Under the pieces are notes generated by a model that worked only from the letters and a program-made list of their open reading frames with translations, had not been told where the DNA came from and made no database searches. Positions 49,662-58,016 of a stretch of DNA of 64,000 bases are shown in pieces. This DNA comes from an uncultured Lentisphaerales bacterium (GTDB lineage Bacteria; Verrucomicrobiota; Lentisphaeria; JABSQK01; UBA12247): the NCBI GenBank assembly GCA_943788985.1, contig CALSSJ010000017.1, positions 1 to 64,000 on the forward strand, in the 5' to 3' direction. A program made the translations under genes and the position numbers. Every line of letters starts with the position of its first letter. The first letter of the stretch is position 1.

Positions 49662-49722
49662 GTAGCGAAGTGAAGTCGCGTTTCTTTCGGGCGCTCACCG
49701 GAACGCCACTACGCTTCGCCGC
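49662..49722. repeat. GTAG-type REP-like inverted doublet
   Basis: GTAGCGAAGTGAAGTCGCGTTTC pairs imperfectly with GGAACGCCACTACGCTTCGCCGC. Confidence 0.5.
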
Positions 49723-50392
49723 AACCCGAAAAGGGTGCCTGATTTTTGCGCATCGCTGGGGGAATGGCCCCTGACAGGTCGAGAGCGAGAAACAAGAGGA
49801 TTGGGAGGGTGCCAGGAGGTTGGACCTGTTGATTGTTCGCCGCGCTTGGATAACACCTCAGAATGCGTTTTACATCATCCAGCGAGACTCGTGCGCTTTC
49901 TGGGTTGTTAATGCAGAACACCTTTGACCGTATCAAGGGGCAAATGCCCGGTTCCGAGGACCAAGCCATCATTCGAGAGATGTATCGTCGCTGGGAAGAG
50001 CAGGACCGTGACGCCCGCGCCAGCGGCAACCGCTGGCTGGATTTCATCGTGCCGCCAGCGGTGGTCGCCATGGCTAGGCTTTCCTTGCGCATGTCGACGA
50101 GGCCCAAGCTGCCAGCGGCCGCAATACTTGTTGCCTGGGTACAAGATAGCGAGGAAAAGAAGGAATCGCTGGCACCAGCGCAGTGAGCTTTGGTTGGAAA
50201 TGCGGATCAACGACATCTATTCCACTCGCGCGCCACGCGCCAAAACGACCTCGCGGCCTCACTATATTGCTCAGGCAACACTTCATCTGCGTGAGGGTAT
50301 TGCAGAGAGTCGCGCAGCGGCTACCCGTAAACCGGCCCCTGACCTCTCGGGGGCTGAAATGATGATCCCGCAAGTTTTGCGAGGGAGATGCG

Positions 50393-51217
50393 ATGCACGT
50401 TGTCGTTGTTGGGTATGAAGAAAACGAGCAAGCGATCCGCGCCGTGCGCGATGAAGTGTTTGTCAAGGAACAGGGCGTGCCGCCAGAACTGGAGCACGAT
50501 GCGAGAGACAAGCACTGCCTGCACATCGTCGCATTCCTGGACAAGCAAGCCGTGGGCACTGCTCGACTTGACACCGACGGGCGTATGGGCCGGATGGCAG
50601 TGTTGGCCGCACACCGAAGGCTCGGTATCGGTAGTCTATTGGTAGACACCGTGCACGATACCGCGAGGAAAGAGGGCCACGAAAGCGTCTGGTGTCATGC
50701 GCAGGCACACGCCATTCCCTTTTACGAGCGCTTCGGGTACGAGGCAACCGGTGAAGAGTTTATCGAGGCTGATATTCCTCATCGCAAGATGTCTGCCTTT
50801 CTGGCGGGGAATACCCTGGGAACGGACTGGGGCGAAGTAGCAACCTTCAGCAATGAGATCGATGCGCGGCTTGCAGCCACCGCTCTCGAAAACAAAGGAC
50901 TATCAGTGTCCGTGATGGGTGACCACACGGTCTCCGCTGCACCGTTTCTGGTCAATGTCGGCTGTCACATACGGCTCTCGGTGCCTGCTGAGCAACACCA
51001 CGAGGCCGAGGCTGTTCTCGCTGGTCTGAGGAAAAACCAGGCAGAACACGAAGCATATCGAGCCCAAAACTGCCCACACTGTCAGGAAGCAACAGGCACG
51101 AATGTGAAACGGCCGCTTTGGCTTCGCCTCCTGATCTTTTTCACGTTTGGGATGCTCTGCCTGCTCTACTCATGGCCTCTCTACCGCTGCACTCAGTGCG
51201 GGCACACCTGGCGCTGA
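50393..51217 (+). CDS. GNAT acetyltransferase (ElaA/YjcF-like) fused to a DUF2007-like domain and a CxxC-TM-CxxC tail
   Basis: R.EVFV.EQGVP..LE.D, GRMAVL...R..GIG, HAQ..A.PFYERFGY, EADIPH; then F.NEI.A.LA...LE..G; CPHC..hydrophobic..CTQC. Confidence 0.8.
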   Translation: MHVVVVGYEENEQAIRAVRDEVFVKEQGVPPELEHDARDKHCLHIVAFLDKQAVGTARLDTDGRMGRMAVLAAHRRLGIGSLLVDTVHDTARKEGHESVWCHAQAHAIPFYERFGYEATGEEFIEADIPHRKMSAFLAGNTLGTDWGEVATFSNEIDARLAATALENKGLSVSVMGDHTVSAAPFLVNVGCHIRLSVPAEQHHEAEAVLAGLRKNQAEHEAYRAQNCPHCQEATGTNVKRPLWLRLLIFFTFGMLCLLYSWPLYRCTQCGHTWR

Positions 51218-51284
51218 CCTGCTGAGATCACAAGAACCAAGTCCCAAACTTTCTGCCCCATACCCTCAAATGCCGGGGCTCATC

Positions 51285-51922
51285 ATGAATCCCGCACCGA
51301 TCCGCTCCAAGTGGGCCGGAGCAATGACCGACCGTGAACGGCTCAACCGCAAAATGAACCACCAGAGCGTCGACCGCTGCTTCAATATGGAGTTCGGATA
51401 CTGGGACGAGAACTTCAGCCGATGGGCGATGTTTCGCGATCACGCGTTCCGTAACAACCACAAGGCAGACCGATTACTCAATTTCGCTCTCCTCGGCAAC
51501 GTCGGTGGCCCAGTTGTTCATGCACACGCCGTTCACCGACGAGGTTATTGAAGCAAACGAACAGGTCCAAATCATTCGCAACGGCGATAGCATGCCCGCC
51601 GAGGTCCCCAGAAGCAGGCAGTCGACGATCCCACATTTCCTCAAATCCTCAATCAACGCGCCTGAAGACTGAAAGCGTGTCAAGGCGGAGCCCTTTGACC
51701 CGGCACATCCAGACCGGCAAGTTGATCTGACGACACTGCAGCTGGCACATCCAAGCACTCGTGACGACCCGCTCGGAGTCACCTGTGACTGCATGATCGG
51801 TAAGGTCCCCGACATGCTCACACTCGAGGGGCTTTGCTACCTGTTCTACGACTACCCAGATATGGTCGAAGACCTAGTCTAACCTGTTGCCAACTGGTCG
51901 AACAGGTCCTCGACCAGGTGCT
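51285..51922 (+). pseudogene. Uroporphyrinogen decarboxylase / cobalamin methyltransferase (URO-D) family pseudogene
   Basis: MTDRER....NHQSVDRCFNMEFGYW..TIPH..SSI..PED*..MLTLEGLCY..YDYPDMVEDLV*..QLVEQVLDQV; frameshifts, stops, 3' truncation. Confidence 0.75.
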
Positions 51923-52063
51923 GATTCACAACGGCTTCGTGCTTACCTGGATCCTGTCAGGTTCCATATCCGTATCGAGTTGGTCTTTACTTGGTTTCTG
52001 CCCCGACTAACTCTGAGTCTGTTTCACGGCATCGGAGTCGAATATCTGATCCTGCGACCGTTA

Positions 52064-53425
52064 TTAGCGAATCAGAACCACTGTTCCTTTTCTGACTACA
52101 GTTAATAGCAGTTCGCTGGTACCGGCGTCGAAGGTCAGGGTGCCAGTCATGCCAGTTGCTCCTGCGGTGATGTTCACGGTGGGGTCGAAGGTGCCGTCGC
52201 CACCCGAGGTGCTGCCAAAATCAGCCAAGGTGACGGTGTGGCCGTTCGCGAGATCGTAGGCTGAAATGTCGACATCAATGGTTGAATTTTCCCAGGTGGA
52301 GGTGCCCCCGAAGCGCAGTTCGTTTGGCGTCAGCGTGGTAAAGCCCGTTGCGCTTAAGGTGTAGTTGAAGGTGTTTGCGCCTTTGTGCTCCCACCGTCCC
52401 ACTGTGTTGATTGCGCCGTCTGCATAGTCGATGGTGGCGTTGTTCAGATCGAAAAAATTTGTCGAAATCGATGTGGTTAAGGCCGATCCAGCGGCGACGT
52501 TGATGGTCGCACCGTTGCAGCGCAGGACATTGCTGGATTCAAGCGTTGAGTTTCCAGTGATATTGAGGGTGAGGTTGCTCGGAAGATTACCACTAGTATT
52601 CCATTCAACGGTATCACCATTTGAGATGGCTACGGTGTCGCCAATGGCTGGCAAGCCATCTGGATCCCAGTTGGCTGCAGATGACCAGAGGCCGTCCCCT
52701 GCACCACCATCCCAGGTTACGGGCATGATGTGAAGCTGAATCGAGTCCGTTGCGTCATCCCACGTCAGGTGGGAGCCTGTGTACGCACCGGTATTAAGCA
52801 CAATCAGTGTTGCGCCTTGGAAAGTCGCATTGGTCATCGAGGTAAAATCGCTGCTGAAGTCCACGAGGGTGATTGTGCCAGCGCCGCCGGTGTAGGCCGC
52901 CATGTCGACGGTATAGGTGGCATCGGACATCAGGGCACCGCCCCCCCGTCGGAAGCTGTTCGGATTGAGCGTGGTGAAACCTGTCGCGCTCAGATTGAAG
53001 GTAAAGGTATTTGTACCTTTCTGTTCCCAGGTTGCCATGGTGGCGATGGCTCCATCCTCGAAGGTAAGGTCGCCGTTGTTCAGGTCCCAAAATGCGCCGA
53101 TCAGCGACGTCCCCGCCCCAACGTTAATGTTGGCGTTAAGCAACCGAATCACGGCCCCATCTGTACTGAGGGATGAGCTTCCACTGAGGTTGATGGTGAC
53201 GCCACTCGGTAGGTTGTTGGCATGCGAGACTGTGTCTCCGTTGGTGACATTGAGCGTATCGCTAGCCACCGGCGCCTGGTCCGGGTTCCAGTTGTTTGCG
53301 GTGCCCAGCAGTCCATCGCCGCCGCCGCCATCCCAAACCAAAGTTGCGGAGTACGCAGATGCTGCGACGAGATAAAGAGCACCTGCAAGTGCCGTCAGTG
53401 CTCGGTTCATATGTCTAGTCTTCAT
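52064..53425 (-). CDS. Secreted protein with two tandem copies of an about 210-aa beta-rich module and C-terminal KGTVVLIR
   Basis: Signal peptide; repeats WDGG.GDGL....NW.PD..P...DT....NGDTV; WE.KG.NTF...LSATGFTTL.PN. Confidence 0.85.
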   Translation of the reverse strand: MKTRHMNRALTALAGALYLVAASAYSATLVWDGGGGDGLLGTANNWNPDQAPVASDTLNVTNGDTVSHANNLPSGVTINLSGSSSLSTDGAVIRLLNANINVGAGTSLIGAFWDLNNGDLTFEDGAIATMATWEQKGTNTFTFNLSATGFTTLNPNSFRRGGGALMSDATYTVDMAAYTGGAGTITLVDFSSDFTSMTNATFQGATLIVLNTGAYTGSHLTWDDATDSIQLHIMPVTWDGGAGDGLWSSAANWDPDGLPAIGDTVAISNGDTVEWNTSGNLPSNLTLNITGNSTLESSNVLRCNGATINVAAGSALTTSISTNFFDLNNATIDYADGAINTVGRWEHKGANTFNYTLSATGFTTLTPNELRFGGTSTWENSTIDVDISAYDLANGHTVTLADFGSTSGGDGTFDPTVNITAGATGMTGTLTFDAGTSELLLTVVRKGTVVLIR

Positions 53426-53631
53426 GGTGTCCCGCCTGTGTTCGTGAGAAATTCTTGTCAGGGCCGATGATTGTGGCATTCTGTATAACCCCATAAAGTA
53501 GATGACCAATCACGACTAGTCAATAAGCGTAGATGTGATTTTATCGACTTGTTCCAAGGCCGACCTTGCCGTAAATTCCAGGCCGACCAACAAAGAAGAG
53601 ATCAATCACCAAGCCAGGGACGAAATCTATA

Positions 53632-55368
53632 ATGCTCAATGACCTCAAAAAGCCTGCCTGCCAATCCGCGATTCGATCTCTGGACGGCAGTTCGCATGAA
53701 GTCCTGCTTCGACGTTCCTGGGCTGGGGATGTTTGTACGTTGGCGCTGCGCAACGAGTCAGCCGTGGGCGTGCGCGTAAAAGAAGTAGCCGTGTTCTGCA
53801 GCGAGCTCCCACTTGCCTCCACGACTCCCGCGTATGGCGAGGGCTACAACATGCTCAGCCAGTACGCTGGTCCAGTGGCAGACTTGCGCTGTCTCACGCC
53901 ACACAGCGACGGGGGCCACTATAAACTTCCACAGCAGCCAGACCGCCAGACCGTCTACAACCTGCTCCTGCTGATGCCACCAGACACGGACGCGGCCCTG
54001 ATCGGCTTTGCCAGCTGTAAACGCTTTGCAGGCGAGATTCGCCTCAGCGAGCAGAGCCTAGAGCTCGTTCTGGATCTCGAGGGCCAAGAGATTGCCGCAG
54101 GTGCCGAACTGGAGTTGGAGGCCGTATTCGCCGCAACAGGCGAGCGCGAAGCATTACTGGCGGCTTTTGGTGATGAGATTTCCCGCCGACAGCCACCGCT
54201 GCCGTGGCCCGAGGTCCCCACCGGCTGGTGTTCCTGGTATTGCTATGGCCCGGATGTCACAGAACAGGATGTCTTTGACAATCTCGAGACGATTCGCCAG
54301 CGATTCCCAGAGCTGAAGTACATTCAGTTAGATGATGGCTACCAGGCCCACATGGGCGATTGGCTGGATCAGCACCCAAACTTCCCGCGCCCCATTCGCG
54401 ACCTCTGCCATCGCATCAAGGACGCAGGGTTTGAGCCCGCAATCTGGGTCGCGCCCTTTATTGCCGATGCGGACTCCGCATTACTGCGTGACCATCCGGA
54501 CTGGTTTGTCCAAGATGAAGCCGGGCACCCGCTGCCGTCCAATCGCGACTCATTCGGCGGTTGGCGTTTTGCCCCTTGGTACATGCTGGATGGTACCCAT
54601 CCGGAAGCGCAGGAGTACTTACGTCACGTCTTCCGCACCATGCGCCAGGAGTGGCAATGCACCTACTTCAAGCTCGATGCAAATATGTGGGGAGCCTTAC
54701 CGTCTGGCCGCCGCTATGACCCAAAAGCAACGCGAGTGGATGCCTATCGCGCTGGCATGCAGGCCGTCTTGGAGGGAGCCGGCCCCGACAGCTTTATTCT
54801 TGGCTGTAATGCGCCCATGTGGCCATCGATCGGCGTGGTCCACGGCATGCGCACCACCGGTGACATTCACCGTAGCTGGAACGCATTCACCGGCCTAGCC
54901 GAGCAGGGCTTCTACCGAAACTGGCAGAACCATCGCCTCTGGATCAACGATCCGGACTGCCTGGTCATGGCGAACCTGATCAATGAAGTCGTCGGCCCAG
55001 ATGGCCAGCCGTCCACGAACTCAACCGACATCAGCGAAGACGAGTTTTCCTTTCATGCCGCCTATATTCTAGCCAGCGGCGGCATGGTTCTGGCAAGTGA
55101 TCGGATGATGGAACTGAACGAGGCCCATGCCGCACGCCTGGCCAAGCTTGTCCCCCCAACCGGCAAGGCGGCTCGGTTTGACGATCATCGCTTTGAATTG
55201 GGCCGTATCCCCCATGCAGACGGCGAAATCGTCTGCCTGTTCAACTGGGGTGATGAGGCCCGCGTCGCCGAGCTGCCAGCAGCCAGCTGCACGGATTTCT
55301 GGACTGGTGAGGCAGTGTCTGGTACGCTGACGCTCCCACCGCGCGGTGCCCGTGTGGTTCGCAGCTAG
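53632..55368 (+). CDS. Glycoside hydrolase family 36 (alpha-galactosidase-like)
   Basis: PTGWCSWY, YIQLDDGYQ..MGDW, IWVAPF, LDGTHPEA, YFKLDANMWG, MRTTGDI, WINDPDC. Confidence 0.9.
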   Translation: MLNDLKKPACQSAIRSLDGSSHEVLLRRSWAGDVCTLALRNESAVGVRVKEVAVFCSELPLASTTPAYGEGYNMLSQYAGPVADLRCLTPHSDGGHYKLPQQPDRQTVYNLLLLMPPDTDAALIGFASCKRFAGEIRLSEQSLELVLDLEGQEIAAGAELELEAVFAATGEREALLAAFGDEISRRQPPLPWPEVPTGWCSWYCYGPDVTEQDVFDNLETIRQRFPELKYIQLDDGYQAHMGDWLDQHPNFPRPIRDLCHRIKDAGFEPAIWVAPFIADADSALLRDHPDWFVQDEAGHPLPSNRDSFGGWRFAPWYMLDGTHPEAQEYLRHVFRTMRQEWQCTYFKLDANMWGALPSGRRYDPKATRVDAYRAGMQAVLEGAGPDSFILGCNAPMWPSIGVVHGMRTTGDIHRSWNAFTGLAEQGFYRNWQNHRLWINDPDCLVMANLINEVVGPDGQPSTNSTDISEDEFSFHAAYILASGGMVLASDRMMELNEAHAARLAKLVPPTGKAARFDDHRFELGRIPHADGEIVCLFNWGDEARVAELPAASCTDFWTGEAVSGTLTLPPRGARVVRS

Positions 55369-56240
55369 TTGCTGGGGGCGCGGGAAGACCGCAATCCAAT
55401 TTCGGTGCATCAATCTGGTTGTAGTCAGGATGCATTACTATTGGGGCGATTGCTGGCTTCGCAATCCCATGTGGAATGCCATTCTTCGTCCTCGAAGCTA
55501 TATTCTAGGCAACTGATGCCTCGCCTACATCGCCCCTGCAGATGATGTATTGATCAGGACAAGACGTAGTACAGCCCATACAGAGGCCCCACGCAGACGG
55601 CCGCCCCGCCCCTCACGTAATTCAAGGGCGGGACTACGCAGATCAATTGGTGCCGCCTCCTTCAAGTCTCGGCACTTGGTGGTAAAGGTTCATCTTCTTG
55701 GAGATGTGGAGTGAGGTAAAAATTTCTAGACTGTGGCTCTAAAAGAGTTCACCGTGCTGAGTTCCTCAGCGCAACAACAAAGGTTCCGGATACAACTGAT
55801 CATACCATATGTTCTAACGAGATCAAGGGCCGACCAAGGCCAGTCCTGCCGTCGTCTGCAGACCAAAGGTCTCACCACCATCGGGCGGGCGGAACCAGTG
55901 GCGTACAGGCGCGAAGTGGCGGTGCGCCATGGGCGCTCGCCCGCCCCTTGTGCTCTCCGCAACGCTAAGGCAGCATCGCCCCCAGACCTCCGATTATCTT
56001 GAGCTGCACATAATCGAAGGTCTAGTCTTCCTTTTCCTCGTCTCACTTCGGGCAGTCAGGGCCTACACGCGTACTCGCGCAACGGTTCCAGGACGAGGAT
56101 GAAGGACGGGGACGATTCAGGCCTCCAGGGAAAACCCAAGACCATTGACGGCGCGCAGTCCAATCTCTGTGGTCTCCTTGGCAAGCACGTAGCGAACGTC
56201 TGCACCGGCGCCGCTGACCAGTTAGAGGACAAACAAGTAC

Positions 56241-56325
56241 TCACCCCCGCTGGTTGAGATCCTGCACGACTACCTTCTTACCGTTGAAGACGATCGCAAG
56301 CTTGCGCAGGTGCTCGGGCGCCACA
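56241..56325 (-). pseudogene. Isolated 3' end of the PD-(D/E)XK (DUF1703-type) gene; contains copy 2 of the 33-bp repeat (56293-56325)
   Basis: VAPEHLRKLAIVFNGKKVVVQDLNQRG*; continues exactly where the 1485-2390 fragment stops. Confidence 0.8.
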
Positions 56326-56440
56326 TCGCCCACCCGGCTGACGAAGTGGTGAACGAACTCATGGCCAACTATCCATTGCCGGAACGTCCCAGTCCCCTGC
56401 CCTCCCGACACCAGCTTCCGGTCCGGCCGTCCTGTGTGGC
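56326..56440 (+). pseudogene. Paralogous fragment of the GH-A/GH43 linker seen at 835-949
   Basis: VVNELMANYPLPERPSPLP..(D)TSFRSGRPVW versus AINDLMAKYPLTGEPPALP..YTTFRPGQP*. Confidence 0.55.
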
Positions 56441-56845
56441 GTTCTCCCATACTTTCACCCTATTTCGTTGAATACACCTCCCCATCCGCTATTCTCCAGG
56501 CATTGGGAAAAAGCAATTTCCTATTTTTTTTATTTTATTATTTTTCACGGCGTCACTCGCTCTGCGACCGAGAACAGCTTTCACCGCTGATGCCCGAGTG
56601 TTTCTTGCGAACCTCGCAGCCCAATAGCCCGGTGTCCAGTCCAGTCCGCTTCCGCCAGGCAAGAGAGAAAGGGGGGGGGGCTGCTTCGTTATCGGTGGCA
56701 CCTCTGTCTAATACATGGCCATCCGCACGCTGGAAGTCTCGGCTCAGTCGAGGGGCTAAAAGACACGAGTTCTAGGAGGCGCGGGATTGAACGCTCCAAT
56801 CAGTAATCCAAGTCGTCAAATGCAACCTATTTCGTCGCCGGATCA

Positions 56846-57244
56846 CTATCGCAGGATCTGGAAGAACGACAAGCTCGCCGCCTTCTTGTCGAAGGTGAGC
56901 CCACCCTCACAGCCATTGGCATCGGCCGCATGGGCAATCAGGATGTCCGCAAAGTCAGCTTTTGATTTTCTCCCATCGGTGAGCAGGGCTTGGACGACCT
57001 CATCCCTCTCAAAGGTAAAGACGGGCATTCTCTTCATGTCGTCGATCGAACCCAATATCTCAGATCTTGTTTTCCCGTAGGCGCTCTCAAGAACCCAGAT
57101 GACCTCGAGCAACACGAGTAGAGGGACATACAAGGTCTCGCGATCGGACTCCGCACGCTTGAGACGCACATACACTGCCTCGGCCTGGGCTGCATCATCG
57201 CGCACCAAGAATCGCACGATCACGTTCGTGTCAAGGGCGATCAC
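56846..57244 (-). CDS. vapC: PIN-domain (VapC-type) toxin
   Basis: MIALDTNVIVRFLV.DD, VLLE..WVL, ADFAD.LI, TFDK. Confidence 0.92.
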   Translation of the reverse strand: MIALDTNVIVRFLVRDDAAQAEAVYVRLKRAESDRETLYVPLLVLLEVIWVLESAYGKTRSEILGSIDDMKRMPVFTFERDEVVQALLTDGRKSKADFADILIAHAADANGCEGGLTFDKKAASLSFFQILR

Positions 57245-57489
57245 GTATTCCGGATCCCCTCACGTGCCGCGATCGCGGCGTCCATCTCTTCGACTGTTAA
57301 GGCTGGCTGGTGGGGGCTGTGCAGTTTGCCGAAAACTTCATCAACTGACTTTGTGATCGGTCTTACCAGAGCTTCGCTTGCCCCGTGAAGCACAAACTCG
57401 ACTCGGTCCCCTGAATGCAGATGCAGAGAGTCACGCACGGTTTTGGGTATCGTGATCTGTCCCTTCGACGTTAACGTTGCAGTAGGCAT
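57241..57489 (-). CDS. AbrB/MazE/SpoVT-type antitoxin
   Basis: ATLTSKGQITIPK.VR..L.L..GDRVEF; 4-nt overlap with the toxin gene. Confidence 0.92.
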   Translation of the reverse strand: MPTATLTSKGQITIPKTVRDSLHLHSGDRVEFVLHGASEALVRPITKSVDEVFGKLHSPHQPALTVEEMDAAIAAREGIRNT

Positions 57490-57613
57490 GACCTTCTCCT
57501 TTCATTCTCACTTACTCCTTACAACATAGTAAGATTCTCGCATCAAGGCAACTCGTTCTTCACATCACGTCATTCCATTGTTTGGCCGTGAGTCAGTTTC
57601 CCAGTTTGAAACA

Positions 57614-57745
57614 TCAAGACGATGGCCACTGCGTATTCCATTGCTTGCCACAGTCTGCACTTGCCGTGCCGCCCCCGCCATGAACCAGAACAACACCCGG
57701 CCAACCCGCTGCTGCAGCCTGACCTTCCGCCACGCCGCAGACATT
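57614..57745 (-). pseudogene. Acetylxylan-esterase-like alpha/beta hydrolase fragment
   Basis: WPGVVLVHGGGGTASADCGKQWN, matching the P.VVLVHGGGGTAF..W...WN pattern. Confidence 0.55.
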
Positions 57746-57900
57746 GGGGACCTTCTCCGCGGTCGAAAACTTCTTTACCCAGCGATTGCTGGATGAGCTT
57801 GGCGTGCCATGCGGGATCATCAATTCGAGCTGGGGCAGCAGTTTGATCGAGACATGGATCAGTCGGGAGCGCCTGCTTCGTAACCCGATCACCCGCAAGG
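57744..57900 (+). pseudogene. Sialate O-acetylesterase (SASA) fragment
   Basis: FSAVENFFTQRLLDELGVPCGIINSSWGSSLIETWIS, matching FSAV.YFF...L...L.VP.G.I.SSWGG..IE.W. Confidence 0.65.
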
Positions 57901-57904
57901 GGAG

Positions 57905-57929
57905 ATTAGGGACAGAAATTAGGGACAGA
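57905..57929. repeat. Tandem 12-mer ATTAGGGACAGA (two copies) upstream of the RAYT gene
   Basis: Copies at 57905-57916 and 57918-57929; related ATAGGGAC overlaps the transposase stop codon. Confidence 0.7.
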
Positions 57930-58016
57930 CCTTTTATCGACAAACGGACTGGATCTCGCCACGAATCCTGAGATAGTGAGAAATGAGCAAGGTCGCTAAG
58001 AAGAGGAATAAGGACG

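Noticed and set aside
48522..49673. 383-aa version of the FNR ORF
   Set aside because: The true start is ATG 48717 (RBS GGAGAGG) and the C-terminal extension results from a +1 G.
49863..50186. 107-aa ORF with protein-like composition
   Set aside because: Could be a gene remnant, but I cannot assign a family or a credible start.
1485..56325. Calling the 55-kb interval a prophage or ICE
   Set aside because: No integrase, relaxase, conjugation or phage genes are visible and the cargo is metabolic; kept only as a repeat-geometry finding.
57905..57929. CRISPR-like array
   Set aside because: Only two adjacent 12-mers with no spacers; no CRISPR array, cas gene, tRNA or rRNA was recognised anywhere in the window.
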